From a virus (Duplodnaviria; Caudoviricetes): a stretch of DNA of 64,000 nt. Positions 26,506 to 38,400 of this stretch are shown here, one piece after another; the stretch's first letter is position 1, and every line of letters starts with the position of its first letter. Location of the stretch: positions 51,720-115,719 of the IMG/VR virus record IMGVR_UViG_3300049009_000811; one strand, written 5' to 3'. Under the pieces are notes generated by a model. That model made no database searches and was not told where the DNA came from. It saw nothing but the letters and a program-made list of their open reading frames with translations. Both the position numbers and the translations under genes were made by a program.

Positions 26506-27808
26506 CATAGCGATACAGGAATTGCTCAACGAAGCGGACCCAAGCATGAACCCTTCAGGCAACCCGCCAGCCGTGGGCGCCGGAGTGCCTCCGGGTCAGG
26601 AAGCCCCTGTAGCCCCCGAGGGCGATCCCAACGTGGCGAACACGCCTCCGAACATGAAGTCCGGAGAGGACGCCGGAAGCCCGCCGCCGGACGACGAGGT
26701 CCCGGACAGGTCGCAGGACCCAGAAGCCCCGGACATGCCGGACGAGAAGAAAAGCGAGAGCTTCGACGAGTGGCAGGACGGATTCATGAGGGAAACCACC
26801 AAGGGCGACGTCAACAAGCTGATAGACATGATCCAGCAGATAAGGGACGAGGACCTCGACTCCTACCCGAGGAAGTTCATCGAGGACAACCTGCAGATAT
26901 GCTTCCTGAGGCAGCACTCGAACATAGACAAGGCTAGCAAGGAGATCCGCAAGCTGGTAAAGGGCGAACTCGACCAGAACAGCCCGGCAGGATCACTGTC
27001 GAAGCACATAAGCTCGGTGCTCCAGACCATGCCTGAACTCAACAACGTGTTCATCAAGGTCAAGGGTCTGCTCGGGGCAAAGGGCGACATGCACCGCAAG
27101 TTCGTTGCTGCCCTCACCGGTTCGGTGCAGGTCGGGAGCGGAGCCAACAGCGAGGACATCATCTACAACGAGAGGGAATACTCCATCAGGATATCGACCA
27201 GGTTCAACGACAAGTGGGGCAGGGTCGAGATAGGCAAGTGGGCTCTAAAGGAAGAGGATCCGGGCAAGTACCTGACCGAACCGGAACAGAAGAGGCTGGA
27301 GGAGGGAAGCCCGGAAGAGAGGGACGTGCTGCGCAGGAGGATCGTGATGGAGAGCATCGGCGACTCCTTCAGGAAAAGGGCGTTCATAATCCACGTGGTA
27401 TCCACCGACGGCACAATCAACATGGTCGGTTGGGACATGGCGACCTCGCTGAGGAACGCCTACACGGAAGGCAAGCTCATGGTGAAGACTCTCCTCTCGC
27501 AGAACTCCGAGGCGATGATAGACAACGACGGCAAGATCATACCCTCAGTCGACCTCAAGGTCGTGTACATCAAGGAGACAGGCGAACTTGACGAGGACGG
27601 AAAGCCGGTCAAGGAGGAGAACGACTTCCTGGAGAGGATAGACGGCATACTGTACCTCACGGCGACACAGCAGATAATAAAGGAGGCGGCAGCCTCCTTC
27701 ACAGGTCTCTCGTGGAAGGAGACGCCGTACAACGGGAACCCGAGTGACCTCAAGGTTCTGATGCGGTGCGTCCCGAACGCCACGGAATTGCTCATGAGAC
27801 AATGTTAA
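26498..27808 (+). CDS. putative virion/prohead protein with Pro-rich N-terminus
   Basis: LLNEA leader followed by a Pro/acidic linker; long ORF. Confidence 0.6.
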   Translation: MYNIAIQELLNEADPSMNPSGNPPAVGAGVPPGQEAPVAPEGDPNVANTPPNMKSGEDAGSPPPDDEVPDRSQDPEAPDMPDEKKSESFDEWQDGFMRETTKGDVNKLIDMIQQIRDEDLDSYPRKFIEDNLQICFLRQHSNIDKASKEIRKLVKGELDQNSPAGSLSKHISSVLQTMPELNNVFIKVKGLLGAKGDMHRKFVAALTGSVQVGSGANSEDIIYNEREYSIRISTRFNDKWGRVEIGKWALKEEDPGKYLTEPEQKRLEEGSPEERDVLRRRIVMESIGDSFRKRAFIIHVVSTDGTINMVGWDMATSLRNAYTEGKLMVKTLLSQNSEAMIDNDGKIIPSVDLKVVYIKETGELDEDGKPVKEENDFLERIDGILYLTATQQIIKEAAASFTGLSWKETPYNGNPSDLKVLMRCVPNATELLMRQC

Positions 27809-27819
27809 GGAGACCAAAA

Positions 27820-28317
27820 ATGCAGTTCAACGAATTCATAAACCACAGGCAGAGGGAGGACAGGGAACACCTAGCCCTCCTCGCCAGAGTGCTGAAAAGC
27901 GGAAACGACAAGTTCGAGATCAAGACGTTCTTCGACGACGACGACCCGTACATATACGTGAAGTCGCCTTACGAGACATTCAGTTTCGAGGGCATAAGGG
28001 TGTATCCCCGCGGCGACACCTTCGCGTACAAGGTCCAGAACGAGGAGGACACGCATCCCTACGGAAAGGCTTACTCGCTCGACCTAGAGAGGATGTTCTC
28101 GGACTTCATGGGAGATAACCTGGAGGCGGAGGACGCAGCCAAGCAGGTGATGCTCAGCGCCAAAAGGGAGATAAGGACTTTCTTCAAGAAGACCGAGGAA
28201 GCCGAGGAGAAGATATCCGATTCGCCAGCGAAGTCGCAGTATCTGCTGAAGACCGGCGGGGCTGGCGACCTCAGCGCACCCCAGGACTACAGCACGATGG
28301 TCACGGGCAAAGTCTAA
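27820..28317 (+). CDS. putative head-associated protein
   Basis: SD AAGGAG; leader MQFNEFI. Confidence 0.7.
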   Translation: MQFNEFINHRQREDREHLALLARVLKSGNDKFEIKTFFDDDDPYIYVKSPYETFSFEGIRVYPRGDTFAYKVQNEEDTHPYGKAYSLDLERMFSDFMGDNLEAEDAAKQVMLSAKREIRTFFKKTEEAEEKISDSPAKSQYLLKTGGAGDLSAPQDYSTMVTGKV

Positions 28318-28349
28318 CCGCCGTGAATCGCGGCGGTCGAGGCATTCGC

Positions 28350-28724
28350 TCAATGATCCGAATCATATTCGTCCGAGTAATCGTCTTCGTCGTCCGAGCA
28401 ATCACTCTCGTACGCCCTGTCCGCGACACAACTTTCGGCAAAGACCGTACATCTGTTGCCGTTCATTTTTTCTCGCCAGTTGATTTTATGGATGTTCCTG
28501 TATGTCGCCATTTCCATGAATTCTTTGAAATCATCGTAAGTGACCATCTCATCCGAGATGCCATCGTTCACGAGTTTTTCCATTTCCTCATCATTCTCGG
28601 CTTCGAATATCACTTGCCCCTTGATGACCGGGTATGTCTCGCTCTCTCTGGAACCGGCGCCGGATTCGCCAGGGTCTTCCCAGGTCTCCCAAACAATGTC
28701 AAGAGTGTTGGATACAATTTTCAT
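28350..28724 (-). CDS. acidic hypothetical protein
   Basis: SD AAGGAG; acidic tail. Confidence 0.65.
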   Translation of the reverse strand: MKIVSNTLDIVWETWEDPGESGAGSRESETYPVIKGQVIFEAENDEEMEKLVNDGISDEMVTYDDFKEFMEMATYRNIHKINWREKMNGNRCTVFAESCVADRAYESDCSDDEDDYSDEYDSDH

Positions 28725-28778
28725 GAAAAATCTCCTTAAGATAACGGCGCTTCGAAGCAGCCGAGGTAACGCCATTGA

Positions 28779-29162
28779 TTAACCGCCGAAAATCTCGCCG
28801 TTCTTCTCGATCTCGTCGAACAGGTTTGGTCTCTGCCTCAATATGGACTTCACCATCGAATCCCACCAGAGGTACGCCATGCCTATCGGCTTCGGCATCT
28901 TCTCGAAAACGTTCCCTTCATCGCTCTGCTCCAGATTGTTGACGCTCTCGAGGAACGCGACCATCTGATCCTCCTTGTTCTTCCTGCTTTCCTCGTCCAG
29001 TTTCTTTATGAAGAACATGTCGTTGGTGACCATGTACCAGAAGACGTCCTGCATGACGATGATGTCGTTGTAGTCGACCTCGATGCCGCTGGATATGTCG
29101 ACGCATACGGGCAAGACCATCTTCACGAACCTCTGCGCCACGGTCTCTGATCTAGATGCCAT
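28779..29162 (-). CDS. hypothetical protein
   Basis: ORF in a co-oriented run. Confidence 0.7.
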   Translation of the reverse strand: MASRSETVAQRFVKMVLPVCVDISSGIEVDYNDIIVMQDVFWYMVTNDMFFIKKLDEESRKNKEDQMVAFLESVNNLEQSDEGNVFEKMPKPIGMAYLWWDSMVKSILRQRPNLFDEIEKNGEIFGG

Positions 29163-29166
29163 GATT

Positions 29167-29493
29167 CTATCCTTTCACGATTAATATTGCGGAAACGAAA
29201 CCAGCCATGAATATGAAGAAATCGACCATCGAAAACAACGGCTTGGCGACGACGGCGTTTCGCGGCTCTGCCTTCTGGGCTTTCTCCGGGACCGGCATGA
29301 CGGAATCCTCCACCGGGGGTTTCGAGGCGACGGGAGGGATCGGGGGCATCGAAGTAACCGGGAGTATGAGGGTAGTCTCCCTGTTGCACCTTGGGCAGAA
29401 GAAGCTCTCGAAGACCTTGGAACTCCTGCTCCTAATGCCCATCTTCCTGCATCCGTCGCAAAGATACAACGTCTTTTTCTCGAGAGTTTTCAT
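29167..29493 (-). CDS. zinc-finger membrane-anchored protein
   Basis: CDGC..CPRC, Pro linker, C-terminal TM. Confidence 0.65.
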   Translation of the reverse strand: MKTLEKKTLYLCDGCRKMGIRSRSSKVFESFFCPRCNRETTLILPVTSMPPIPPVASKPPVEDSVMPVPEKAQKAEPRNAVVAKPLFSMVDFFIFMAGFVSAILIVKG

Positions 29494-29990
29494 TAATTCA
29501 ACCCAGCCTTCGACAACTCGAACAGGTTCTGCATCTTGCCGTACACCAAACCGCCCAACGAATGGTTCTCGTCCCAGGTTTCCCAGTCTCCGAGCGTCAC
29601 CTTGTCGCCGTCACGGCTTATATCGGCGACATAGGACTTGCTGGTCTTGAAGCTCGAGTACTCGATGATCAACGATTCCTTCCTGTCGGGATAGTCTTCC
29701 AAGCTACCCATTTCGCCGATGTGGTCGGTCACTTCCTTGATCGAGCTAGGCAACTGCTTCTCCACGAGCCAAGCCTCCGCGATAAACACGTACTCCCTCA
29801 GTTCCCCGCTCGCTATCATTTTCTTCAACGATTCGATGGATTCCATTTTCTCGTCCTGGTTTTTCCAGAAGCACGGCTGCAATCTCGTCACGCCATTGAC
29901 GTTGAGGATGTACAGCGTTACATGAGAGCCATCGCTCTCGAATGCGGACCTGGATAATCTCTTTAAATCATCAATCTGGTCTATCAACAT
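29493..29990 (-). CDS. conserved-type phage hypothetical protein
   Basis: YVFIAEAW...PDRKE motif; TAATG coupling. Confidence 0.7.
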   Translation of the reverse strand: MLIDQIDDLKRLSRSAFESDGSHVTLYILNVNGVTRLQPCFWKNQDEKMESIESLKKMIASGELREYVFIAEAWLVEKQLPSSIKEVTDHIGEMGSLEDYPDRKESLIIEYSSFKTSKSYVADISRDGDKVTLGDWETWDENHSLGGLVYGKMQNLFELSKAGLN

Positions 29991-30022
29991 ATTGCGATCC
30001 TTTCTCGATTTGTTTTATATCC

Positions 30023-30190
30023 TTACCAACACCTTTTAAGCGTCGCCGTCACGTCGACGTACTCGACCGCCTGCGGCTTGTCCGTGTAGACTCTGGCGCT
30101 GCCGTTGACGGAACTTTCCCACCTGGAGCTTTGCGTCGAGGAACACCCGGCTACAAACAAGGCTGCGAAGGCGAAAATCATTGTCTTCAT
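30023..30190 (-). CDS. small lipoprotein
   Basis: Lipobox FVAGC after a hydrophobic signal; SD AGGAG. Confidence 0.65.
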   Translation of the reverse strand: MKTMIFAFAALFVAGCSSTQSSRWESSVNGSARVYTDKPQAVEYVDVTATLKRCW

Positions 30191-30232
30191 CTTTCGGACT
30201 CCTTTCCTAAACATATCATACTGGAGAACTAA

Positions 30233-30787
30233 CTACAGTAAACTGTTTTCCATGAAATCGACATAGTCAGAGAATGTTTTGGGGCATCCCCACTCGAACA
30301 CGAAGGTGTGACCCTTCATCTTCGAGTAGAACTCGCCGATCCTCATCGGCTTGAACCTGCCGACGCTCACTTCTTTCCCGATGCCGGGATACGATATCCT
30401 GTTGCCTTCCTCGTCTTTGTCCGAAGTGCCTATGAGGTAGGCGTTCTTGTTGTCGTACTGCTTGTACAGTACGGAATCCTGGTTGTACTTCGACCCGACG
30501 TCCTTGATGAACCGCTTGAGGCTGCCCACGTCGTCGCCGTCTTCGCCGAACACGAGGAAAGATATCTCCCTCTTCGGCTCCTTCTGCGAATCCGATCCGT
30601 AGCCTTCTATGTAGTGACCCTCAAGCCTCGCGAACTCGAGACCGGCGTCCTTGATGTCGCTCTCCAGCCTGTCGCTCCTCTTGAGGTTTTCAGCCTTGTC
30701 GTGTGCGGAGCGGAAAGCCGAGACTATCCCGATTGTCTTTTTCTCGATCCTGCCGAACAGTGACGATATCGATTCCTTTTTCCTCAT
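30233..30787 (-). CDS. DUF3293-like phage protein
   Basis: GIVSAFR..EN..R...L..D; G.Y.E; E.SF.V; KYNQDSVL. Confidence 0.65.
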   Translation of the reverse strand: MRKKESISSLFGRIEKKTIGIVSAFRSAHDKAENLKRSDRLESDIKDAGLEFARLEGHYIEGYGSDSQKEPKREISFLVFGEDGDDVGSLKRFIKDVGSKYNQDSVLYKQYDNKNAYLIGTSDKDEEGNRISYPGIGKEVSVGRFKPMRIGEFYSKMKGHTFVFEWGCPKTFSDYVDFMENSLL

Positions 30788-30795
30788 GGTTCACC

Positions 30796-31221
30796 TCAAA
30801 GTCTATTTATGAGTTCCCTGAGCTTTTCGTACTCGCTCTTTTTCTTTTTCGGCTTCACGACCTCGGCTTCGGCGACTGGCTTCTTCTCCACGTGCTTCGA
30901 GGTCGGCAGGGAGTTCGTGCATGAGTGGCAAACGGACGGCCAGTTCCCGTCGCGCGACTTGCCGTTGCTGCCGTTTATGTCGGAGAAGCAGTGAGGGCAG
31001 TGCGTGTAGTTGGGACCGCCTCCATACATGTCCAAACTGTATGTCGGGTCCGCGAGGAAGAAATGGGGCAATACGGGAACGTTGTGGAGGTAGTAGTCGA
31101 ACATGTCGGCGTCGCAGTGCAGCCCCCTGAACCTGGCTCCGCAGCTGTCGCAGTCCCATATGGAGTACCTGCTGTAGTCGGAACGGAAAGAAACGTCGCA
31201 TTTCGGGCATTTGTATTTCAT
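30796..31221 (-). CDS. multi-zinc-ribbon protein
   Basis: CPKC, CDSC, CPHC, CHSC. Confidence 0.7.
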   Translation of the reverse strand: MKYKCPKCDVSFRSDYSRYSIWDCDSCGARFRGLHCDADMFDYYLHNVPVLPHFFLADPTYSLDMYGGGPNYTHCPHCFSDINGSNGKSRDGNWPSVCHSCTNSLPTSKHVEKKPVAEAEVVKPKKKKSEYEKLRELINRL

Positions 31222-31279
31222 GGAAGACCCCGTCTTTCTCTTTGGTTTTACTCTGGAACAACCATGGGGTGCCAAACTA

Positions 31280-31705
31280 TCAGCGAACGGCTCGCTCGCC
31301 GAAAACCTCGCCCAGCCCAAGGCTTGAGACCTTGTCCTTTATCTCCTTGATGGTGGAGACACCGCAGTTCCTGACCTCCCTCATGTCCATCTCTGTCTTC
31401 TTGGTCAGTTCACCGACGGTGGTCACGTTCATCCTCCGCAAAGCCTTCCTAGCCCTGGCGGAAAGCCCGAGGCTCGTCACCGGGATGTCGAGTATCTCCT
31501 CCCGAGACTCGGCGGAGACGGTTCGCCTCCTGCCCAGGAGCCATTCGTTGACAGCCTTGATCTCGTACATCTCCATGTCATTGGATTCCCGGTATTTCAT
31601 CAAGGCGTATATGGGCTTGGGGAATCCATCGCTCGACACCATCTCGTCGATGTCATGGGGAAGGACGGACAGCATCGTCACGAGGTCTTTTTTGCGTATG
31701 AACAT
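31280..31705 (-). CDS. AlpA-like HTH fused to an RNA polymerase alpha-CTD domain
   Basis: N-terminal ..DGFPKP..EW; C-terminal PVTSLGLSARARKAL...TVGEL...VRNCGVSTIKEIKDKVSSLGL. Confidence 0.8.
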   Translation of the reverse strand: MFIRKKDLVTMLSVLPHDIDEMVSSDGFPKPIYALMKYRESNDMEMYEIKAVNEWLLGRRRTVSAESREEILDIPVTSLGLSARARKALRRMNVTTVGELTKKTEMDMREVRNCGVSTIKEIKDKVSSLGLGEVFGERAVR

Positions 31706-31777
31706 TTCTGAAAGCCTCCAAGGGGAATACGGAAGACAACCGCATATCAATTATATTGTTTTTTTGGTCCCGGTAAA

Positions 31778-31785
31778 CATAAATA
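31778..31785 (+). promoter_or_regulatory. T4-type late promoter-like CATAAATA
   Basis: One mismatch to TATAAATA, immediately upstream of the tail operon. Confidence 0.5.
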
Positions 31786-31790
31786 ATCGG

Positions 31791-32330
31791 ATGCCAGACC
31801 TATTCACGCCAGCTACGATGGACGCAAGCTCATATGGTCAGACCGGTTACGGTCCCACCAAGGACGTCAGCCAGTCCGTCATGAAGCCGAACCAGACCGT
31901 GCAGAAGGGAAGCCTGATGGTGTTCAGGTACACCTTCAACAAGCCGAACCACGATCCGTACCCGATGGTCCTCGTCACGGACAGGGACTATCCCGTCCCG
32001 TACAGGAACCCGACCAGGTTCGACGTGCGCGGGGTGAACCTGCATTACCTGGCTTTCAACGACATCAGGGTCCTGCTGCAGGCGAACTGCAATAACGTCA
32101 ATTTTTCTTACGATACTTTGAAGCAGGGGCAATATATAAACCTGACAAGTGCCTTTAGGCAGTACAAGAAAAGCGGCATACGGCAGGTTAAGGTTTTGGA
32201 CTGCGCATTTCTTCTCAATGTTCTCGCTTCAGTAAGGTCAATAAGTCCTTCAGAAGTTGAAGCGATCCGAAAATCTGTGCGGGAACAAATATCACGAATG
32301 ACTAACCCGATGGCTGCGGCGACACCATGA
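31791..32330 (+). CDS. T4 gp2-like DNA end protector
   Basis: D.YPMVLV...GVNLHYL...FRQY motifs. Confidence 0.65.
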   Translation: MPDLFTPATMDASSYGQTGYGPTKDVSQSVMKPNQTVQKGSLMVFRYTFNKPNHDPYPMVLVTDRDYPVPYRNPTRFDVRGVNLHYLAFNDIRVLLQANCNNVNFSYDTLKQGQYINLTSAFRQYKKSGIRQVKVLDCAFLLNVLASVRSISPSEVEAIRKSVREQISRMTNPMAAATP

Positions 32331-32400
32331 AATTAGTCTTTTGCTTTCGTAAACGGCGGGATTCGCAGTCTATTAAGTAAAGGGAAAAAAAGGTTCATAA

Positions 32401-35400
32401 ATGGCTCAAATTTCGGACAACCTGGGAAGAGTAGTGGCAGCTCAGAACACCGCCAACATGACCCTGGAGCAGATAAGGGACATGCTCGGCACCAAGCTGA
32501 AAAGCCCGGTGGGCGAAGCCAAGTCGTTCGGCAAGGAAAAGTCGGCGGACCCGGCGCTCCAGAAAATCTCCGACATGTTCACGCAGTACGTCAAGGACTT
32601 CAAGGCGGACGTAGACGACCGCAAGACCTACATCGACGACATGAAGAAGGTGCTGGAGGAAATAAGGGACAAGAAGGAACAGACCGGCAAGGAGAAGAAG
32701 GATTCGACAGCCGAAGCCGCGGACCTGTCGTTCATGGAGCAGTTCGCGAAGATGGCGATGAGCGCCACGTCCATATACACGAAGGACGAGGATGCGAGAA
32801 AATCCCTGACAGAGATAAGCACCACATTGAAGACCATGCAGCAGAGTTCCTCCACCAAGGTCGAGAGCGCTGTCTCGTCGATGGTCGAAATCAAGGGCAT
32901 GGACAACCTGGAGAAAATGGCTCTTAGGGGCATGAAGCCCGGATCCATCTACACCAACGACGCCGGGGTGAGGAAGGTGCTGCGCAAGATATCGTCCACA
33001 CTGAACAAAGTCGCGGAAAAGATGGGCGTGGTTTCGGACGTGGAAAAGTCCATAAAGCCGCCAAAAGACCCGAAGCCTCCGAAACCGCCGAAACCTCCAG
33101 GGGGCAAGAATCCCTCAGAGCATCTGGATGACATAGTCGGTAAACCCCCGGTTGAACCCAAGGAAAAAAAGACGGAGAAAAAAAGGGATCAAAAATTCGA
33201 TCCATATGCCGCGAAAAGGTGGGCTGACAAAACCGAAGAGATAATATCGCAAGGGCTCATGGGAATAAAGCTTACCGATTACATCAGCTTCGAGTCGCTT
33301 CTTGTCCAGGAGAGGAAATTGGTGCAGGAGACAAGGAAGATAGCCTACGAGATAAATGGCGCCACCAAGGGAAGCAAAGCCCTCACCGAATCGTTCGACG
33401 CCATGGGCAAGACGTCAGCCATGACGGGAAAGACTCGCGATGAATTCCAGAAATTATATGTGGACAACCTCAAGAAGGGCATCAGGGAAGCCAAGACGGC
33501 GCAGAAGATAACCGTCGCCCAGCTCAACACGGAAGAACAGCTCGGGATGGAAGCGCAAGCTTTGGGCGATACGTTCTCGGACATGAACCTCAAGCTGAAG
33601 ATGAATTCCTCGCAGGTGGCCGAAGTCGGCAGGGGGATGAGGGAGGTCGCAAGAAACACAGGCATGACCGGCAAGGAACTTGCTGGGGTGATCACGAGTT
33701 CTGCGACATTCGTGAACAACATGCGTAAAGCCGGGACGCTGACGACCGCTTCCTACAAGAACATCGTGGAACTCCAGGCGAACCTAAAGAAGGTCGGCGA
33801 GGAAGGCGGAGGGATGATGGACGCTCTTTCCAGCACGAACAAGCTGCTGGCTGCCGACTCTAAGATGTTCAACTTGCTCGCCATATCCGCCTCGAGGGCT
33901 GGTCTGACGACTGAACTGCTCAACGGAAGCATCACGAAGAGCAAGGACAGCCTCAAGGGAATGGCTGGAGGATTCAAGAGCATAGCCAACCAGTTCGGCA
34001 TAGCCGGAGAGACCGCCGAGGAGATGAGGAAAAACCTCGAGGAACTCGACGACGCCACGAAGAGGAACATAAACATATCTCTGGAGTCGGCTTTAGGTGT
34101 GGAGGCTGGGCAGCTCATATCGCAGTTCGAGGCTATATCCAACTCGAGCAAGACCCTCGCCGACAAGCTTTCCGACCTCAACGCCAAGAAGAAGACGAAC
34201 ATAACCCTTGACGAGAAAGCCGGCATAGCCGAGGAGGAGAGGAAACTCAGGCTAGGCAAGTCGCTGGAAGTGCTCACCGCCCTCGACAAGGCTGCTTCGT
34301 CTGCCACCAACATGGGGGACGCCCTCCAGAGCTTCAGCAAGAAGAGGAGCGAATTCGAGGGCGACCTCAACGCCCTTGGCGTCGCATGGACATCCGAGAC
34401 GGACGTCGCCAGGAAAGCTATAGAGGGATCGCTCCAGGGAGTGAACAAGCAGCTCAAGGATGCCGGAAAGAAAGAGCTAAAGATAGACGCGTCGCAGATA
34501 GAGAAGGCTCTCAAGGACCCTGCTGCCATCAGGGAACTGACGGCTCAGATAACGAAGGCTGAGCAGGAGGCTTCGACCGCTTCCAAGGCTCAGCTCGACC
34601 CGGCATCCGCGTCGGCTCAGAGCCTCAAGGAAATAAACGACAGCATAAGGAATCTGGTCGGCGGCGGCTTGAGCGCGGTATTCAGTTCCGCCTTCGGCGG
34701 AATGTTGGCTACCTTGGGTCTAGTCGTATCCTTCGGGGCGATGGCTGTAAGCTGGCTTTCTGGGATCTACAGCTACTTGAGGTCAGGTGATCAGCTAAAT
34801 AATTTCATACAAGCCTATGAAATGTCAGGACAGAGAAAATTAGAAGAAACAACATCCAAGTCAACCCAGAATCTCAACAAAGAAGCGACGACAGAGGGTT
34901 CAATCTACACGCATGACAGCCACTCGGAGAAGATACTGAACGAGATCCTCGCGGCGCTTAGAGCCGGCAAGTCGCAGGCTGGAGCCGGAGCCGGGACAGG
35001 TGGCGGCGGCGGCTTCAACGTGACGAAGTTCGACCCTCTCAAGTCCGAGCACCACGACCTGGGGATGTCGGCGGCGAAGAAAAAGGACGGACAACTTAGG
35101 GCGGCTGGCAAGAGCGGTATGTCCGATGAAGCAATGAAGAAGATGGCTGCGGGAATAGCGGCGAAGAAGGAGTCGGCGATTCAGGGCGGCGCGGTCGGGT
35201 TCAGGGACCAGAAGAAGCTGGCTGCGAAGACGGGCGGCGGCGAAAAGTTCAACAAGGCTCTGGAGAGGGCGGAGGAGAACCACACCAAGAGGAGGATTAA
35301 GTTCCAGCGGCAGGAGATGGCTCACGACATGAGGCGCATCAAAGGCGAGAAGAAGTGCGACCCATGCCCCGACACCAAGGACGTCGACGTGGAGTCTCCG

Positions 35401-38400
35401 AAGGGAAGCTCGTTCATAGAGGAAACAATGAGCATGCTCAAGTCCATCAAGCCGCAGGAGATGCTGCAGCTCGGTGCGATCATAGCGGCGATGGCTGTGG
35501 GTCTCCTGATCCTCGGCGCCGCGATAATGTTCATAGGCACAAAGATAATAAAGGCTCTCAACCTGGACTTGGCGACGGTGGCGGAGACAGCCGCCGTGAT
35601 AGTCGCGATAGGCGGCGCAGCCGTCGGCATAGCGATGGCTTCCATGGAACTCATCGACATGCTCCAGGAGAACAAAAAAGCGATCAAGAAAATTTCTGAT
35701 CCAAAAAAAGCCAAGGAACTCGCGAAGGTTGCCGGTTCTCTGGCTTTGATCTCGATCGCCACCGTGGCTCTCGGGGCGATGATAGTCAAGGTGTCCGACA
35801 TGATACTGAAGGGTCTTGGTCTGTCGCCAGCCAGCGTGATGGAGACGGCGATGGTCATAGCGGAACTGGGCGCAGCCACCACCGGTATAGTATTGGCTTC
35901 CGTGGGAACCGCGATGGTTCTGGACAATATCAAAAAATATAAAATGATAAGCAATCCCATGGGTACGGTCAAAACAATAATGAACGTCGGCAAGTCCCTG
36001 CTGATGATAACCGGCGCAATCATACTGCTCGGCGCCGCGATCATGAAGATGAGCGAGATGATACTCGGCGGGCTGAACCTCAACCCTTCAGCCATAGCAG
36101 CCACGACGGCTACGATAGTCGCCCTCGGCGTCGGCGTCGGAATCATAGCCACAGCAGTCTTGACTGCCATGGCTGGTCTCAAACTGATTGGCGGAATGCG
36201 TCAGACGATCGAACAGAACATGGATACCATGATAGATGGCGCCATCATACTTCTCCTCTTCACGCCAGCCATCATACTGTTAGGCGCTGCGATCATGAAG
36301 ATGGGCGAGATGATACTCGGCGTCTTCGACCTCAACGCCGCGAAAGCTGTGGAGATATCGACCGCGGTCGTGGCTGTCCTGCTGGGTGCTGCGATAATAG
36401 CCGGGGCTGTCGGGGCTGCGATGTTCGGTCTCGCCACCATCGGAGGCATGTGGTCGATAATATCCGCGGCAATTACGCCGATGACTATAGGAGCAGAAGT
36501 CCTTATGGTGGCGACGCCAGTCATCCTCCTCCTCGGCGCGGCGATCATGAAGATGGGCGAGATGATACTCGGCGCTTTCAGCCTCGACGCGGCAAAGGCT
36601 ACGGAGATATCGACAGCGGTCGTGGCAGTCCTGATGGGCGCTGCCATCATCGCCGGAGCCGTCGGCGCCGCGATGTACGGTCTCTCCGCCCTCGGAGGCA
36701 TGTGGCCGATAATATACGCGGCGCTTACGCCGATGGCTATAGGCGCAGGGATACTTCTGGTCGCCACCCCAGTCATAATCACGTTGGGCGCGGCGATAGT
36801 CGCCATGGGTGACAAGATACTCGGGGCTTTCGACCTGACTGCCGCCAAGGCTACGGAGATATCGACCGCGGTCGTGACGGTGCTCATAAGCGCGGCGATG
36901 ATAGCCGGGGCAGTCGGCGGGGCGATGTTCGGTCTCTCTGCCCTCGGAGGCATGTGGGAAATTATAAAGAGAGCCCTAAAACCGATGGCTAAGGGAGCCA
37001 TGATCCTTCTGGTCGCGACCCCGATAATACTACTGCTGGGCGCGGCGATAGTAGCCATGGGCGACAAGATACTCGGGGCTTTCGACCTGACCGCCGCCAA
37101 GGCTGCGGAAATATCAGCCGCCGTGGTGGCGGTGCTCGTGGCTGCGGCAACCATAGCCGGCGCCGTGGGAGCTGCGATGTTCGGTCTCTCCGCCCTCGGA
37201 GGCATGTGGTCGATAATAACCGGGGCGATCCCGATGATGGCTCTCGGCGCCCTTGTGCTGTTGGTCGCGACCCCGGCAATCATCCTCCTTGGAGGCGCGA
37301 TAGTCAAGATGGGAGAGAAGATACTCGGCGGCTTCGGACTCGACGCCGGGAAAGCCAAGGAGATAGGGGAGGCTGTAGCCTCGATCATAAGCAGCGCGGG
37401 CTCGATAGCCATGACCGTAGCCAAGGCTATGGTCGGTCTAGCCCTTCTCGGCACCCAGGCGGCGTTCATATGGGGATACGTCCCACTCATGTGGATCGGA
37501 GCCAAGACCCTGATGATGCTCATTCCCCCGGTGCTGTTCCTCGGGGCGGCGATAGTGAAGATGGGCGAGTTCATCCTAGGTGTCCTGAAGCTGGACGCCA
37601 ACAAAGCAAAAGAGATATCGGAGGCGATCACCGCCGTCATGTCGGCTGCAGCCAGCATCACGGGATCCGTCATCAAGTCGTCGGTCATGCTGTCGATCAT
37701 GGGGGCGCTGCTTCCCGTGGCGAGAGAGATAGCCTTAATGGCTCTTCTCGGCGTACTCGCCTTCTCGATACTTTCCGTGCCTCTCATCCTGTATGTCGCC
37801 GCCGTCCTCGGTTTCGTCAAGGCGGTGAGCGCGATCATGAACCCCAAGACCGCGGCGGAGATGAGCCAGGGCGTCACGGACGTGATGACAGCCTGCAGGA
37901 CCGTGACCATCGAGATCGTGAAATCAGCCGCCTTGCTCGGGGCGCTAGGGTTGTTGAGCGTTCTGGGTGTTGGGGCTATACTTTATGCCGGTCTGATGTA
38001 TCTCGGCATCGCGGCTCTATTCATACTTTCCAAGCCGATATACGATTACGTGCGCACGATCCGCGACTTCTCGAAGAAGGTGGGGTCTATAATCAACCCG
38101 AAGTTGGCGACGGAGATGGGCAAGGGCGTGACCGACGTGATGACGGCGTGCAGGGACGTGACCCTCGAGATCGTGAAAGCCGTGCCTCTCCTCATGGTTC
38201 TAGGTTCATGGGGCGGGCTGGGAGTTCTAGCCCTACTGTATGCCGGTCTGATGTATCTCGGGGTCATGACCCTGAACATACTCTCGGTTCCGATAGAACA
38301 TTACATCAGTTCGATCGTGGCTTTCTCGAAATCGGTGGGCTCGTCGTTGAACCCGAAGCTGGCGGCGAGCATGGGTCAGGGCGTCGCCGAGGTCATGCGG

